Assembly (NCBI GenBank): GCA_001179505.1
Contig: CDMY01000138.1
Span: 120,244-184,243 of the forward strand
Direction of reading: 5' to 3'
DNA length: 64,000 bases
DNA from: Vitrella brassicaformis CCMP3155
Lineage: Eukaryota; Protista; Chromerida
Made by a program: the position numbers and the translations under genes. Within the stretch, counting starts at the first letter, position 1; each line of letters starts with the position of its first letter. Shown one piece after another: positions 11,957 to 25,197 of this stretch. Below the pieces are notes generated by a model that saw nothing but the letters and a program-made list of their open reading frames with translations, was not told the origin of the DNA and made no database searches.

Positions 11957-14900
11957 GAGTTTGCTGTGTGTCGTTTTTCTCAATGTGCACGTCACCGAAT
12001 ATGGACGCCCTATGTCGTGGGCGAGCCGGGCTGCATTGCACATACCAATGTGTGGCAGACGTAATGCTGTTGTGTGATGGCATGCTGTTTGGAGTGCGCG
12101 TGTGTGTGTCTCCGTATGGTTGGCTGCCTGGCTGAGTGTGTGTCGGTCAGCGGTCATGTGACGATGTGTGGCGTGTGTCTACATAATGTTAAGGGAGGCA
12201 GCGACGCAAAAAGGACGCAAAGGCGCCCTTCTCTGCACGTCTTGTGCGCTTTGTGCGCGTTTCATACAGTTTCAAGTGAGCGGACAGTGGAGCAGTATGC
12301 GACACATCCTTTCCGATGGGACAGTAATGCATATCACTGGTGCCGCACCTCCATGTGCCTCGCATCACCATATGCAGGATTGACAGAGACTCCATGGGGG
12401 GGAAAGAAGAAGAGACACCGATCGACAAGTAGAATTGTTGGTGTTTGGCATTGACTTCCGCGCCCCTGTATTATTACGTGATGGTACAGCCTTCAGCTTC
12501 ACGGCCAGCACTCACGATCACGCACACATCGCAAGGGAGGGAAACACAGTAGCAGACTCATTCATTCGCGACTGAGTCCAAGCAAAGGCATGGGATAAGT
12601 CGCTGGCTGCATGAATGGACTAGGTCCTTCCGTCAAAACTGCAACAGACAACCACGTGTGGATTGACGTGTCTGCCTGTCCATCCATGTGTGTGAACGGT
12701 CCACATGAAAGCCTGTACAACCATTTGTCCATGAAATGCGTGAACGTGTACGAATTTCACCGAATGAAAGAGATCGAAGAAGCCCTTAGACCATGAGACT
12801 GGCACGTAGGTCAGGATAACATGTTCACGGCATTATTTAATGCCTCATGTGAGAAAGTGAGAGAGAGCGGGAGAGACGCGCAGGGGGTACAAATACCAAA
12901 TGTATGCATACGTACGCAGACCAGCTCAGACCACGTCATGTGTTTGGTCGTGTCTGGTGCGTGGCTAAGAATGTGCGAAAAACAGGCTCTCTAGGCTCAC
13001 AGGCTCGTGGAAAATTCATACTCAGTACATAAAAACACCCACATCCATTGGCTTACGAAAGCATTCCATCTGGGCAAAATAGATAGGTACCAATTATAGA
13101 CAGCCTCGTATTCACGCTCCTTAATCCCTAGTAGCTCATGACAGGAAGGAGAGGCACACACACACACACAAATTTCATACACAGGTACGTACGAAGGTAG
13201 GAAGGCAGAGGCAGCATTCTTCATCGAAGCGACACATTCATGTAGGGATCGCCCCCCCATAATTCTGCCTGCTGTCTGGCCCTGCGAATCGTGTCACAGC
13301 CGCCCTTGTGTCATCGCCGAGGACGAATGATCCCTCCAGCTTAACAACGTCGTCAGCCGCCTCAAACAGACTGAACCCTGGGCCATTCGTCTGCCGATTT
13401 ATTTGTACACAGCGAAAGCATCACATAAGCAGCGTAGACAAATGAATGCAAAGAGCGCTGTATCTATGTAATCTTCGTCGACCGACTCGCCCACCTACCA
13501 GGATTGTTGCCACTGCGTCCACGGGGCCATCCCGCAACTCGTCGACGAGTTCAGAGATGGGAATCTCGACCAGTGTAATGTCGAGTCCCTGGTAAAGGGG
13601 AGCGGGTAAAGGGGAGACAAGAAGGGCTGTCTGTCTGATGGGCGATTGTTACCAGCTCCTGCGTGACCGCGACGAAGTCGTCGATGAAAAAACACCCAGG
13701 GCACACGCCAATACTCTTGCTGCAGCCACAACGACACAATCCAGCCAAGCATTACATTGCGCCCTCACTCTCCCCACCCACCCGTCTAGAGAAGAGGGGT
13801 CCTCCGTCAGGTCAACTGTCACCAACTCAGAGTCTTCCTCTACGCACACACCGACCTCGTTAACGAAGCTGCACACACATACACGGACCGACTCTTTCAG
13901 TGAGCTGACCGACTCATTCAGTGAGCGTCCGTGTATACTTGACGATGGCGCAGCTCGTATAGTCTACCGACTGCGAACGTTCCTCAGTGACCTGATGAGA
14001 GAGAATAAGTCGACGAGAATAGGTCGACGATCATGTGCTTCTCTGACTGACGTACAGAGAAGAAGGTAATGGCATCAACAACCTCGTCATTCAAAGCCTC
14101 TCTAAACTGGAGGAAGAAATCTTCTGTGTTGTCAATGATCGTGTAGTTGGCCTTGATGTCTACGCCATACTCCTGACGGCAAAACAAGCGAGGACCACCA
14201 GAGATGAATGAGGTAACTTGGACGATATACTTAAAGCGTCGTATGCTGCATGTACCCTTGAAAGCTCGGGGAGAATCAGCTCATTGAGCAACATAGTAAG
14301 CACCTACACTCCCCGGCTCGGTGGGATCGCTAATGATTGACAGGCCAATCTCGAGAATGCCTTCGTCCAGCACCTGCAAGACGCGGAGCCCTCGCATTGA
14401 GTCGTTCTGTGCGGTCTCCTCCCTACCTTCTCAAAGGTGCCCTCGGCGTCTTCTTTGGCAGGGTAGGAAGCTTCGCAGTCGGGGAAATCAGAGGAGGCCA
14501 AAGGGAAGGTAGCATTCAACAGATCTAAATGATCGTTAGACTCACCGACCTGAAGCAGACAATGAGAAATGTGTTTCGGTTATGGATGTGGACCACCTAC
14601 GTACGTTCTTGATGGCAGTGCTGAGAGCTGCGTTAAGCTAGACGTCTCCATCGTCACCCGTCACGTAGGGGTTTGCTGGCTCCTTGATGCCCGTCAGGAA
14701 CTCCTTGATGCCCGTCAGGAGCTCCTCTAGGTCTGCCTTGCTGACCTCCAGCTGCTTCTCACCCGGCTCCCCGGGGGCAGCTGCCGCCAACCACAACGAA
14801 AGAAGGAGGGCGCCGAGGAGAGAAAATACTGAGGGGCGTGACATAGGGTTCCTGTCCAGAGCAGTTTCGAGTACCTCACGTTCTTGCGCTGCCGCATGCG

Positions 14901-15191
14901 CCGTTGGGATGGCCAGGTTTGCGATGCCAGCCAAATTGACTGAAGCTGAGCGCAGTGATGACATCACGGTGACGATGGTGGACGGGGGAGAAGAAGCGTC
15001 AAAGGATAAAGGGGTGGACAGATAGAGAGGTACCCAGACAGAGAGATACACAGACAGCTGTGCAGATGCACACTGCAACATTTTCTCTTCCCCGCTCCAT
15101 TTTCTTTTGCCTCTTGGTGTCTAGTTCCTGAGGATGTGGGTCTGAGTTTTGCGAAAGACACAACAAATTGAAACGCGATAGAGGACACGAG
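11957..15191. repeat. Segmental duplication, copy B (direct repeat of 2728-5834)
   Basis: Same colinear similarity as copy A. Copy B carries extra sequence at ~12880-12985 and a 64-nt intron at 13589-13652. Confidence 0.88.
13238..14844 (-). pseudogene. Pseudogene copy of the solute-binding protein family 3 gene
   Basis: ATG at 14844 and the same exons as 3982-5505. It has a CAG>TAG nonsense codon at 14638-14640 and a 2-nt deletion between 14287 and 14288 (the cg at 4939-4940 in copy A). It also has a 21-nt in-frame tandem duplication (LTGIKEF/LTGIKE) and one extra intron. Confidence 0.82.
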
Positions 15192-15582
15192 TCTTTGCAC
15201 GTCCAGACGTAGGAATAACGTGCGGAAGTCCCGGTGAGCAGGTCCACATTCACATCCAGTCGATGTGTTTCAGAATTGTTTGAGCCTGCTGGTGCACCAG
15301 GGATGGGTGTTTGAAGTGAGTGTAGGTCGTCAAGATAAGGGATTTCGTTCACGAAATACAAAGCTCCGTCCCTGTGTTTGTGTCCGTGTGCATGTACAAG
15401 TTCGTTTTCCTACTGCCCCCAACAAACGTCTATACTCTATACACGCAGCCTCACCAATGGGCCAGATGTTGCATGGTTTCGTCGAAGGTCCGTAAAACAC
15501 ACGGCCTCCTGCCAAGAACCGATCTGTTTAGCTGGCCATAAAGGGGCCCATGGAGACGGCGAAGCCAAGTACCCACACGCAT
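14999..15582 (-). CDS. Possible small two-exon gene or gene fragment of unknown function
   Basis: Exon ending at 15455 (...RTFDETMQHLAH) joins in phase across a GT-AG intron (15454-15372) to an exon starting at 15371 (WDGALYFVNEIPYLDDLHSLQT...). No family recognised. The 3' part runs into the duplicated block. Confidence 0.3.
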
Positions 15583-15806
15583 AAACACGGACAGGCAACA
15601 TGTATATGGTGTCGGCCAGGTGTCGGCGTTAACAGGAATGCAACGTCTCTCTGCTGCCTTGAGAGTGATTCACTAGCCAGAGAGTCATCTTCCATCTGAC
15701 TAATTCATTTTGTGAGCCTTGGAAGACCGAGTAGTTTTTTGTCCACCCCTATGTTTATTTCTTAATGCAGCGAAGAGTCCAGAAGGATTTATGTGCTCAA
15801 CAGTCT

Positions 15807-18758
15807 TCAGTTGTCAGGATCATCACTACCGCTTTGCTGCTGTCCTGGCGGCCTTTGCTGGTGGTGTCTGGCTTGATCCCGCCCCTGCCCTTTGTCCTCA
15901 GCTCCCAAGCCGTCAGCCTCATCTTCGAAACCAACTACATGCCTGCGCATAAGCGCTTGCTTGCCCTGCTTGCTGTCTGCACGGCTCTCTGACTTCGGCT
16001 GCTCACTAACATCACTCGCCCCCGATACAAGCGCATCGTCCATCTCCACGATAAAAAACCCTTCGTCATCGGAGCCCACACATAGACACGCAAAGCCAGG
16101 TGGGGCGGTTTCGTCCAAGTACTGCTGCACTTCGCTCTCGCTCGCAAAGGGTGGAGAGGGCTTGCTCGTGGTGCTAGAGGGCTGCCCGGTCAGTCTGTTG
16201 AGCTGCCGTTTGCTGTATTTGTCATCACCAGCAATTGTCTCGCCACGCAGGGCCGCACGGATGAGCTGACTGAGACTTTGGCCTAGTTGGTCGTCGATCA
16301 GGACCTGATTGTTGCCACTTGTGTCCGGCTGGGATGCTTGGATCGTTATCTGAACCGCGGGCTGATCGTCTCTGCGAGCGACAAAGAGGCAGGGCGAGAA
16401 GATGATGTGGGGACACGCCAAAGCCGACACAAAATGTCTTCCAACACACTGCAGTTTTGACTGCCTGGTATCCTGCCTTTGTGTGTGCAGGGTTGCGGTA
16501 GGTGCTGTCCTTCACTTACTGGTCTGTGTCTTCTTGACGATGGCCGTCTATAATTGACCGCTCTGTCTCGCCAGTGTCGTCGGGCGAGCCAGCGATGATG
16601 TCCTCAACGGCCGTCCGAATGAGCGAGAGCACCTTGCTCACGGCCGGCCGCTCATCAAATGAGGCGACAAGCTTGTAGTGTGTGACATACAGGTCGTCGT
16701 ACTGCACCCACAAATTGAACTTGCCTGGGTACTCCCTGAATGAACACACACGTATGCATAAGTTTCTTGCTGAGCACGTTGTGTTGTTCCTCCTGCGCAC
16801 CGACCTGAGAAGCATCGCTGTGATGGCCTCGTCGTCTGAGTGGCTACCTGAGAGATCTTCCTCCTCCACAATCACCACGCCCTTCAATTAACGTGTGCAT
16901 CATGCACCCACACACATACGCACGGGACAAGAGTAACGGGCAGGTGATCGGAGGATTCATCTTCGCCTTGCTCACTGACGTTGTCTTTGATGATCCTCCA
17001 TTGCGTGCTTTCCTCTACGTAGCCGCGGGATCTCCTGCTGGCGATGTAGTCGCCAATGTCATCCTTGCCCACATAGTACACTCGGAGCAACTCCATGTCA
17101 TACACCGACACGTAACTGTGGTTGGGATGCATGCAAGGAAGAGAGAAGAGATGTACCCTGCTGTTTATGCTGACTTACTCCTTGAATGTATCGGCTTGTG
17201 TGGCCATGGCTGGGTTGAAGACGATGATGGTGCGGTTCTCCGCTTGCTGGGTCCATCGGTGCACCTCGCTCTGAGTGTCGCCGTCCGCCTCCGGTGCCAC
17301 CAGCACAATCACACGGTCACTTGGCTCCACCTTCCCGGACCTGCACATGACACCAAAATATGCATACACTCGACACATGAGCAGCGGTGAGGGAGGGACG
17401 CTGTGTGTCAGTCACCTGAGTGTATCCATCGCGACTGCCTGTTCTCTGTCGAGCCCCATCGACTTTTTGGCCACGGAAAGCTGTGAGAATGAGTTGAACA
17501 CCTGAGCAATGAACAGTGCAGTCACGTGCGTACGTCCCTCCTCTTGTGTCGGATGGTGGATGTAAGCTGACCGCCTCACCAGCTTGACACGTTGGCTTTT
17601 GTGCTGATCGATGTTCTCCACGGCAGCTGCTGTCGGAAGGACTGCGAGCTCAACGAATTGGCTCAAGACTTCCATGCTCACTCCATTGCTGTTGGGCCCT
17701 ATCAATGGCTCTCTTAGGTCCACGCGCATCCTAAGAGAAAAACCACCCGTGGTTAACCACATGAGCGTGGCTGTGCTGTGGTCTGCATGGCTTACCTTGA
17801 GGCACCATGCAACAATGCCTCAAGCACGCTCGCGCCTGCGTCGTCTCCCGCATCACCGATGTCCTCGGGCAGCATAATAGTGGCACTTGTGCCGTTGACA
17901 CCAACGCCCTCAGCCGCGACACGGTTGGGATGGAGCCGCTCCGGGCCGTCGGTGTCGTCTTCCTCGTCCATCGACCTGGACCGTTCACGGAATCTACACA
18001 TCACACGAACAAGCAGAGACCACCCAGAGTCGAGGGCTGTGCATCCAGGTACACATGGCCGCATGTACGTTTGTACCTGTGTGTGGCCTTGACGTGGGGT
18101 AGAATAAGGTCAGCTGCCCTTTTGATTCTTTCCAACATGTCGGCCCTCGAATCGTCCCATTCGTCCTCATCTTCGTCGTCGTCCTCTTCGTCTTCTGAAG
18201 CCACACAGGCAATTTGGTGTTGAGTGACAGGTAGATAGGTGTGCAAGCTGAGTGGAACCAGAGGCGAAAGGGGCTCACCATCGTCCTCTTCCGACATCTC
18301 TTCTTCGACAGCCTCCAGACGGCTGTTCAACCGCTCGATACTGACACAAATACCAGTAACACACATTTAGAGACGCGCTCCCTCTGCCGAGCTCGTGGCT
18401 GGTCTGCTGCTTACAGCTCAAGGGCTTCGATGTTACTGGCCTCGAGCGCCCGGAGCCGCACTTCGAGCGCCCGCAGCCTGGCATTCTGGGCTGCGATGCT
18501 TTCCGCGTCGCTACCGGCCTTCCTCTCGCTGTCATCATCATCGGATCTAGCCTCCCCGTCAGATGCATCCATGGCCAACGCCGTCCCAGAGCGATGCCGG
18601 CGCCTCATGATTGGCACGTGCGACGAAGGGGAGCGTTGACGCTGCAAAGCACGGGACGGAATGAAGGCGTAGGCATAAGCTGACGACACAGACAGGGCTT
18701 GTGATAGATGCTCCATTGCCACGACCAGGGAGAGAAACAGCCAGATCTCGAAAATCAT
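15807..18758 (-). CDS. Predicted plastid-targeted DUF1995-domain (LPA3-like) protein, multi-exon
   Basis: Hydrophobic signal peptide MIFEIWLFLSLVVAM... then AYAYAFIP and an Arg/Ser-rich transit-like segment. Later exons give RMRVDLREP, VFNSFSQL, DRVIVLVAP, RTIIVFNPAM and FREYPGKFNLWVQYDDLYVTHYKLVASFDERP, which fits the DUF1995 C-terminal R-x-YPG...Y...F..RP pattern. An acidic tail ends at 15807. Confidence 0.8.
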
Positions 18759-18829
18759 CTACACTGCTGAATCGTCGCTGAATCGTCGCTGGGGGTTCAC
18801 GCGCTGGGGATCGGCTCATGGAAAGACGT

Positions 18830-21800
18830 GCCGCTAGGGTACACGCGAAACCTGGCCCGGCATGCGCTTGAAGTCATGAGAAAAGGTGCGGTCAGGATGT
18901 TTGCCGTGTGCGCTTGCGGCAGGGCCGCAGACACCGACGAGGTCACAACCTTTCTATCGCCACTGCCGAGTGACAGTTGCGTGATTGTTTGTCCTGTGCA
19001 GGCCTGCGAGGAGTGGGAAAGCGCATTTGCTGCTCTCAGTGCGCGTCTCGAAGAGCCAGGCGCTGGAGAAGGCAGGATGTATGCGGTCGCTCTGGCAGTA
19101 AGCCGAGAGACGCAAGCGACTAGTACTCGTTCCTTAAATGTCGCTGTTCCTGTCTCTGTCAACAGACATTGATGGGCGGCCATCGGTGCTCTCAAGGCCA
19201 GCAGGATGACACTGTCTGTGAGGAAAGTCTGACACGGATTGTGGCCATCGGTCAAACAAACAAAGAGGTGGGCTCGTAGACCAAAACTTATTCAATGTCA
19301 CTGTTCATGGCTGACCATGGCTGCGTGGACAGGCCATGAGCCAGCTGGACGCCTTACCGAATACCCTTCTGCGGCTACTGACAAGTAGAGGTCTCACCCC
19401 AAATGTCTGCATGGTGTGCATCCACCAGGCTGCGCTCAAGTAAGACGAACAAACAAAGATGGATGCCACCAGATCCTCTCTCTCCTTTTGTATGCCTGGT
19501 GGATCAGCTGCCTGTCGTCGGCAATCAGATGCTCAGACCCAACCTTGGTGCGTCACATAGCAATCTCACACACACTTGGCCTATCACACTCTTATCCTTG
19601 GATACCGTGGCCATGCAGATGGGCGGCGCGTTTGATGTGGTGAGACAGATCGCGAGTGCGACAAAAGAAGATGGCCATGCAGGCTATGCCCGGAGAGGGA
19701 CTCGAGTCAATCGGGCGCTCAACTTCTTCTTCGCCGCCTGCCATCAAGTCAGTGCCAATGGTGAAGGCGATTATCGCTGTCTTGCCATTTTTTGAGACTC
19801 TGCTCAGGCCTTGCCACTTGTGTGTACCGAGCTCCAGATTGAGACGGCCCGCAGACTCACGGAGCTGATATGTAGCGACGACGTCGATGGTCCGCTGAAA
19901 GGGGCTTGCGCCCGTCTGTTGGCGAACGTGATGATCCTTTGTCGGGAAGCTCCCAACAGCTTCATCGACAAAGAAGACGATATCCCGTACAACAAGGAGT
20001 TTCATATCCCCTTCCTCGACTTCATGCTGGAGGTAAGAGTGAATGTGTCTCATCTGCTGAAGCGCACTCTGACAGGCTGGTCTTTGGCTTGCAGGGCACG
20101 AGTGACAGCGGATTCTGTGATGCCGCGGCTTCCTTCTTTTGTGTATTTCGCAAACACGCTTGTCTCCAAATAAGCGCGTACACACACCTACAAAGGTTGA
20201 CTTCGCTCCTTTCATATCTTTTCCTTCTGTGTGTCAACTGGTCAAGGCGGGACGGTCGGCTCCGTCACTTCATGCGCTGGCTGAGTCACAGGTACGACGA
20301 CAGCCCGACATGAGTGTCCCACACATGCACACATGTCCGCCTGTGCTGTGTGTGACCATCAACCAGGCTCTGCCAGCTGTCCCGATCCGACGACAACGAG
20401 AAGCTCACCCATCTTGCAGCAATCGTGTCCGAGATTGTTAAGGCCCTCACGCATGCGCGGCCCGCAACGATCACGCCGCTTGATGCGCTGATGCTGACGG
20501 ACTCAACTTATCGATCGCTGTGGAGCCTATTTCGGTCTCTCGAGTATGGCACTGCTGCGGACTGCGACAGCTCAGCTGCGGAACAGTCTTCGCCCTCAAA
20601 GCTCTTATGGTCGTCGTTTGTCGAGATTCTGGGGGTCCTGCCGGAGAAAGGGAGGTACACAGAAGCATGTCGTGTCTTCATGCATTCGTTTTGAATTCTT
20701 TCATGTGGCGTGCAGGCCAGCCTATGTTGACTATAGCGGCGCATTCTTGCGGAGATTTGTCAATTGCTGTCGGTCTGGCTCATCACCGCCAAGAGGGGCC
20801 TTGTCCTTCATCGGCACGGTCCTCTCGTCAGTAACGGGTGATCCTGCCGACGACTTTGTCAATGCCCTTATCGCGTGGATCCCCTTAGCGCAAAACGCGG
20901 AGCTTTCTGAGGTGACAAAAAGCAGGAAAACCACTGTCGGCCGCTGCGCAGAAATGATGTGCCGCCATTTGTCAGGTTGTCTGGGTGATTGTTCGACGAT
21001 TGGAGGCGTCACTCACGTCAAGCGAATGCAAGCTCTTTGAGGCTCTCACCTCAGCACTCTCGACGACAATCACCAGCACGGACGCCGAGCCCCTTCGCCT
21101 TCTGATTGATTTCGCCATCGGAGGCCCTCCAGAAGTAGAAAACAAAAAAGACGGGATCTCAGTTCCAGCGCCAGATGCAGCGAAAGGCGATAATGAATGG
21201 GCATCCAGCGAGATGCTGAAGCGCTTGATGAAATGCTTCACGCCTAGGAAACAAGCAATAGGAGACCCCAACATCGTCACGTCTGGTGTCATGAACCTGA
21301 TCCTCACGTCTCACCGTCTACGGCCGGCTCATCTCACGGAGCTGTTTGCCGACGGAGCGCTGTCCGAGCAGCTTGGGACTCAACTGGCGGAAGCAATGAA
21401 GGCGAAGGACAGGAAGCAAATGGAGACCTGCTGCCAAGTCGTCCATTCCATGCTTGACTGCCTGCAGAAGGAGGGCTGGCAGCCGGCCGTGGGCTCGCCA
21501 GCGTCTGAAGCAATCTTGTGTCTTTCTTTGGAGTTTTCCGTCGGTGCGATTGAGCATCAGGGGGACAAGCGGACTATCACGTCGTGCCTCAGGGCTTTGT
21601 GGAGAGCGGTGCAGCTGCCGGGCAGCGCTGAGGAGGACCTCATGGAAAGTATCATGGAGAAGAACATCGAGTCCTCACAACAGCCCAAGAGGGACACTGC
21701 CACTCGTGACGTCTTGAGAGCGTCACTGCAGCAGCTATCCTCTCATCCAATGGCAGAGACACGTGCCCTCGCTCTCTGTGTCGAGGTGGCATTTTTCCGC

Positions 21801-23545
21801 GCTCTCTACCTCTCGGGTGAAATCGGCATCTCACTGGCGAGAAGGGCGGCTGCGATGATGAACTCGGTCTGCTTACTCACCCGTATTGCTGGCCTGTCTC
21901 TCGTCGAGCGCTGGGTGACATCGATCGATCCAGCGAAGCCGACTTCCGCCATGCCGATGAGCAACTGCATCAGTCATGCCGTGATCAGGCTGCGGGCAGA
22001 CTCACACCCAGCTATCGCGCACATGGCTGTAAAGGTGTCTGCCCTCCTGCAGGAGATCGGAGATTTGAAAATGCGGATGGCTTTGCTGCATGCCGCCGAC
22101 GAACGGTCAGAGGAGCTGCTCTCAGGGGTCCATGACCAGATTTGCAGCATCTCTATGTCCAAGCCAGATGACAGCTTTATCGCCTCGCCTCTTGCGGCGC
22201 TGCTAGAAGGACTTTCGAAAAAAAGCAACGACGATGCCATTCATCGGCAAAATGCGCCATCTGTGTCTCGTGATGCTGGATTGGGCCCCTGTGGTGTTCC
22301 CTCCCTCCTGTTGGAGGCCTTGGTGCCATGTGTGGAGAGCCATGCACAAACCCCACTCACACTGGAGGAGATGTTCCCGTCACACCCTTTGGATGAGTAC
22401 GAGGAGAGTGCCAGTGACGACAGCGAAGAGGAAGACGAGCCAGCCATTCGCCAATTCGACAATGATGTCTGTCAGAGTGGCGTCATTTTAGAGCAGGGCG
22501 GCGAGTTGTCAGGTGGTGTGTGTGTCGACGAGGAGGCGATGAGTGATGGCGAGGTCGACGAGGAGCCCTTCGATGAAGAAGCGATGATCGACGAGGAAGA
22601 GTTGGGGATCGAGGAAGTTGGGTGGGATCCAGACTGGGACTGGACCGAGGACATCAATGGCGTCACCATCATCGACAAGGTCCGATGTCGGTCAGCTATG
22701 ACAGGAGCACTGCATATGTCAATTCATTTCTGCAGACCGATGGCACATGGTACATCACCTCCAATCACAAGATGCGGCCACTGCATGGCAAGCATCGGCA
22801 CCACCTGGTGACGCCACATGGCCGCCATTCGCGCATGCTGTCTCCTCGCCTTGTCCCGACCATTTCTGCGACCCAAGCGGCTGCGTCCCTCCAGCGGAAG
22901 AGGTCACCAACGCGAGCCTCAAGCCCTGGCAACCCACAGCGCGGCGAGCTTTTTCGCGGCGCAATAGCAAACAAGGTGCCCAGTTGAGAACAAGAGGGCG
23001 TTGCTCTTACCCTGTCTATGCATATATGCGCTTCTTTTGCTGTTGCTCTTTGCATCTCTTCTCATCAGCTGAGCGAGATGAGACCCCACAGTGCTCCCAT
23101 GAAGGCAACAGTGAGAGGTCGAGACAAGGATCGGCCATCAGCTGGCGCGTCTCTTCAGGTGCAGCACCGCCGCCTCCACTCTTTTCCAACCGGCTACATG
23201 ACACTGAGACCCAGCAGTGGGGCAACAGGCAGGCGGCCTAGAGCCATCGACACCGACGCAACGGGGGAGGCGCCTCAGAGGGGCAGTCACAGCACAGGGC
23301 CGTACTCGCCCGTGGGCCGAGACAAGGGGGTCAGACCCTTGTCTGGGAGACTTCATGCTCGGAGGTCTATCCAGCTTGAGCATGTGCAGCAGCTGGAGGT
23401 CGACGCTAACAGCATCGCTACAATAAAGGACCCGCAGGCCTCGGAGACATCGAGAGAGGCACCATATGATGGCGAGACTCATCATGCCGAAGAGAAGAAA
23501 ATCAACGAGAAGAGAAAGGTGCACCGGTGTCTATCGCATTCATGA
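18830..23545 (+). CDS. Large multi-exon uncharacterised protein: predicted helical-repeat-like body, acidic block and low-complexity C-terminus
   Basis: Protein-like Leu/Ala-rich exons at ~19500-19600, 19830-20030, 20420-20650, 20715-20910 and 21040-22680 (608-aa ORF), followed by exons at ~22737-22977 and 23070-23520. The start codon and 5' exons are not resolved. It may continue into 23728-24887. Confidence 0.68.
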
Positions 23546-23727
23546 CAATCGATGAATGTTGAGACATGCAGAGAGACACGCCGTAACTGGAGAGAGCTCT
23601 GACTGGAGAAGAAAAGAGAAGATGAAAAAGTGAAATAATCTACTCAAATATTTAAAAATCTTATACCGATCTTGTAAATCCGTGTCTTCCCTCCCAATTC
23701 CCTCCCTTCCGCTTTCCATGAATGCAG

Positions 23728-24887
23728 CACACGGCCGCCAACAGGCCTGGTCTTCTCCCGGCCATGGACGCGCCAGATCATCACAGTGGTGCCCCCACTC
23801 AGCAAACCACCCCCTGCAGCACGGCCACAGACAACCCCCACTGTCCGCGAGACAATAGAAGAGGAAGAGAAGCCACCAGAGCTGGAATCTCCAGATGCAC
23901 CCGCTGCAGTAACCACACCATCAGCGCGTGTTGTGACCTGGCAGCAGCAGCAGGAGGAAAAGCCGGCGCCACCCATTTTGCGGTCGGCATCGTCACTGGA
24001 GTTCTTCGATGAGCGAGGTCGGCCGAAGCACGGACTCCTCGAAGGTCTGGAGGAGGCAGCCACTTCCAAAGAGACCACCAGCCGCCCTGGCAGCAGTTTG
24101 AACGACATGGTGGAGCACCTGCACCAGCGGCTCGCTGACGTCTCTGAGCTGACACCACCGAGACGCTCGTACAGTATGCGGGAGCTGGAGAGAATCCTGG
24201 GGCCGAAGGGCACTCGAAGCCGCGTGGCCATCAAGAACCAGCCATATGAAGTAAGAAAATCAGCCCTAACCAGCCGCCCACGTACGTCTCCTCCCATACC
24301 TCTGTCTGTGTTCCATCACTTCAGCAAGAGCTGCGTGCCTATGTGCGTGCGGACATGCATATCACTCGGGAGAGGATGAGGGGGGGTTACTTGCCAGGGG
24401 AAAAGCCGCTGGCCGAGCTGTCGAGTGACGACGGCAGGCCTGCCACTGCAGCAACAGCCAGGCGCAGCACAGTGGAAGGCGGCGCAAAAAGCGCCGGTCG
24501 CCGAGCGGCTCCCCGATGTCTGCAAGGCTGCGGGCGCACCAGGAGGAACAGACCGCCAGGACACAGACGGTGAGAGAGGGAGACATGTGGAGAGAATACA
24601 TGTGTTGTGTGGTTGTCGTGTTGTGTATGGTGTGCAGCGTCGTGCGTTTGATCACCTGCACAGTCGTGGCGCCATCGGCGCACAGGACGTCTCAGAGACC
24701 ATCAGGGCCGTAAACAAGTGAGATGAAGACAGACGGCAAACATTTGTGTGTCTCTATTCGTATTTGTGACACGCGTGCGCGCGCGCGCGCGTGTGTGTGC
24801 AGGAGACTATTGGCGACTTGTGGCGAGGCTATGGACTTTGTGAACCGGCGCAAAGAGGGCATGTCTGTCAACGAAGCGGTCAAGTGA
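23728..24887 (+). CDS. Pro/Glu-rich low-complexity coding exons, possibly the 3' end of the preceding gene
   Basis: Acceptor atgcag ends at 23727, then an open exon (PPLSKPPPAARPQTTPTVRETIEEEEKPPELE...NQPYE|gtaag). Further phase-compatible exons give ...RGAIGAQDVSETIRAVNK|RLLATCGEAMDFVNRRKEGMSVNEAVK* with TGA at 24885-24887. No in-frame ATG found. Confidence 0.55.
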
Positions 24888-25197
24888 ACACAGAGATTCA
24901 GGAACCAGACCAATAGGCCGCTAGACAAACGCAGACAAACGCCCTGGCGGGCTCACAACAAATAGATGCACCAAAACGCATGCATGTGTTGCGGCTTTTT
25001 GTTGGAGGGGTTTTCTGTGGGTCCTCTTTCACTTCCTCATTCATGTAGCGTTATTGTTGGTTGGTGACGAATGTCCCTTCCTCACCTCATCATGCACACA
25101 AAATCATTCCAGCCACTCACTTGAGAAATTGCACATCTCGAGAATCGCCTAACTTACCGATAGCACGCTAACATACCAGAAACTTTATGTCACTCAC

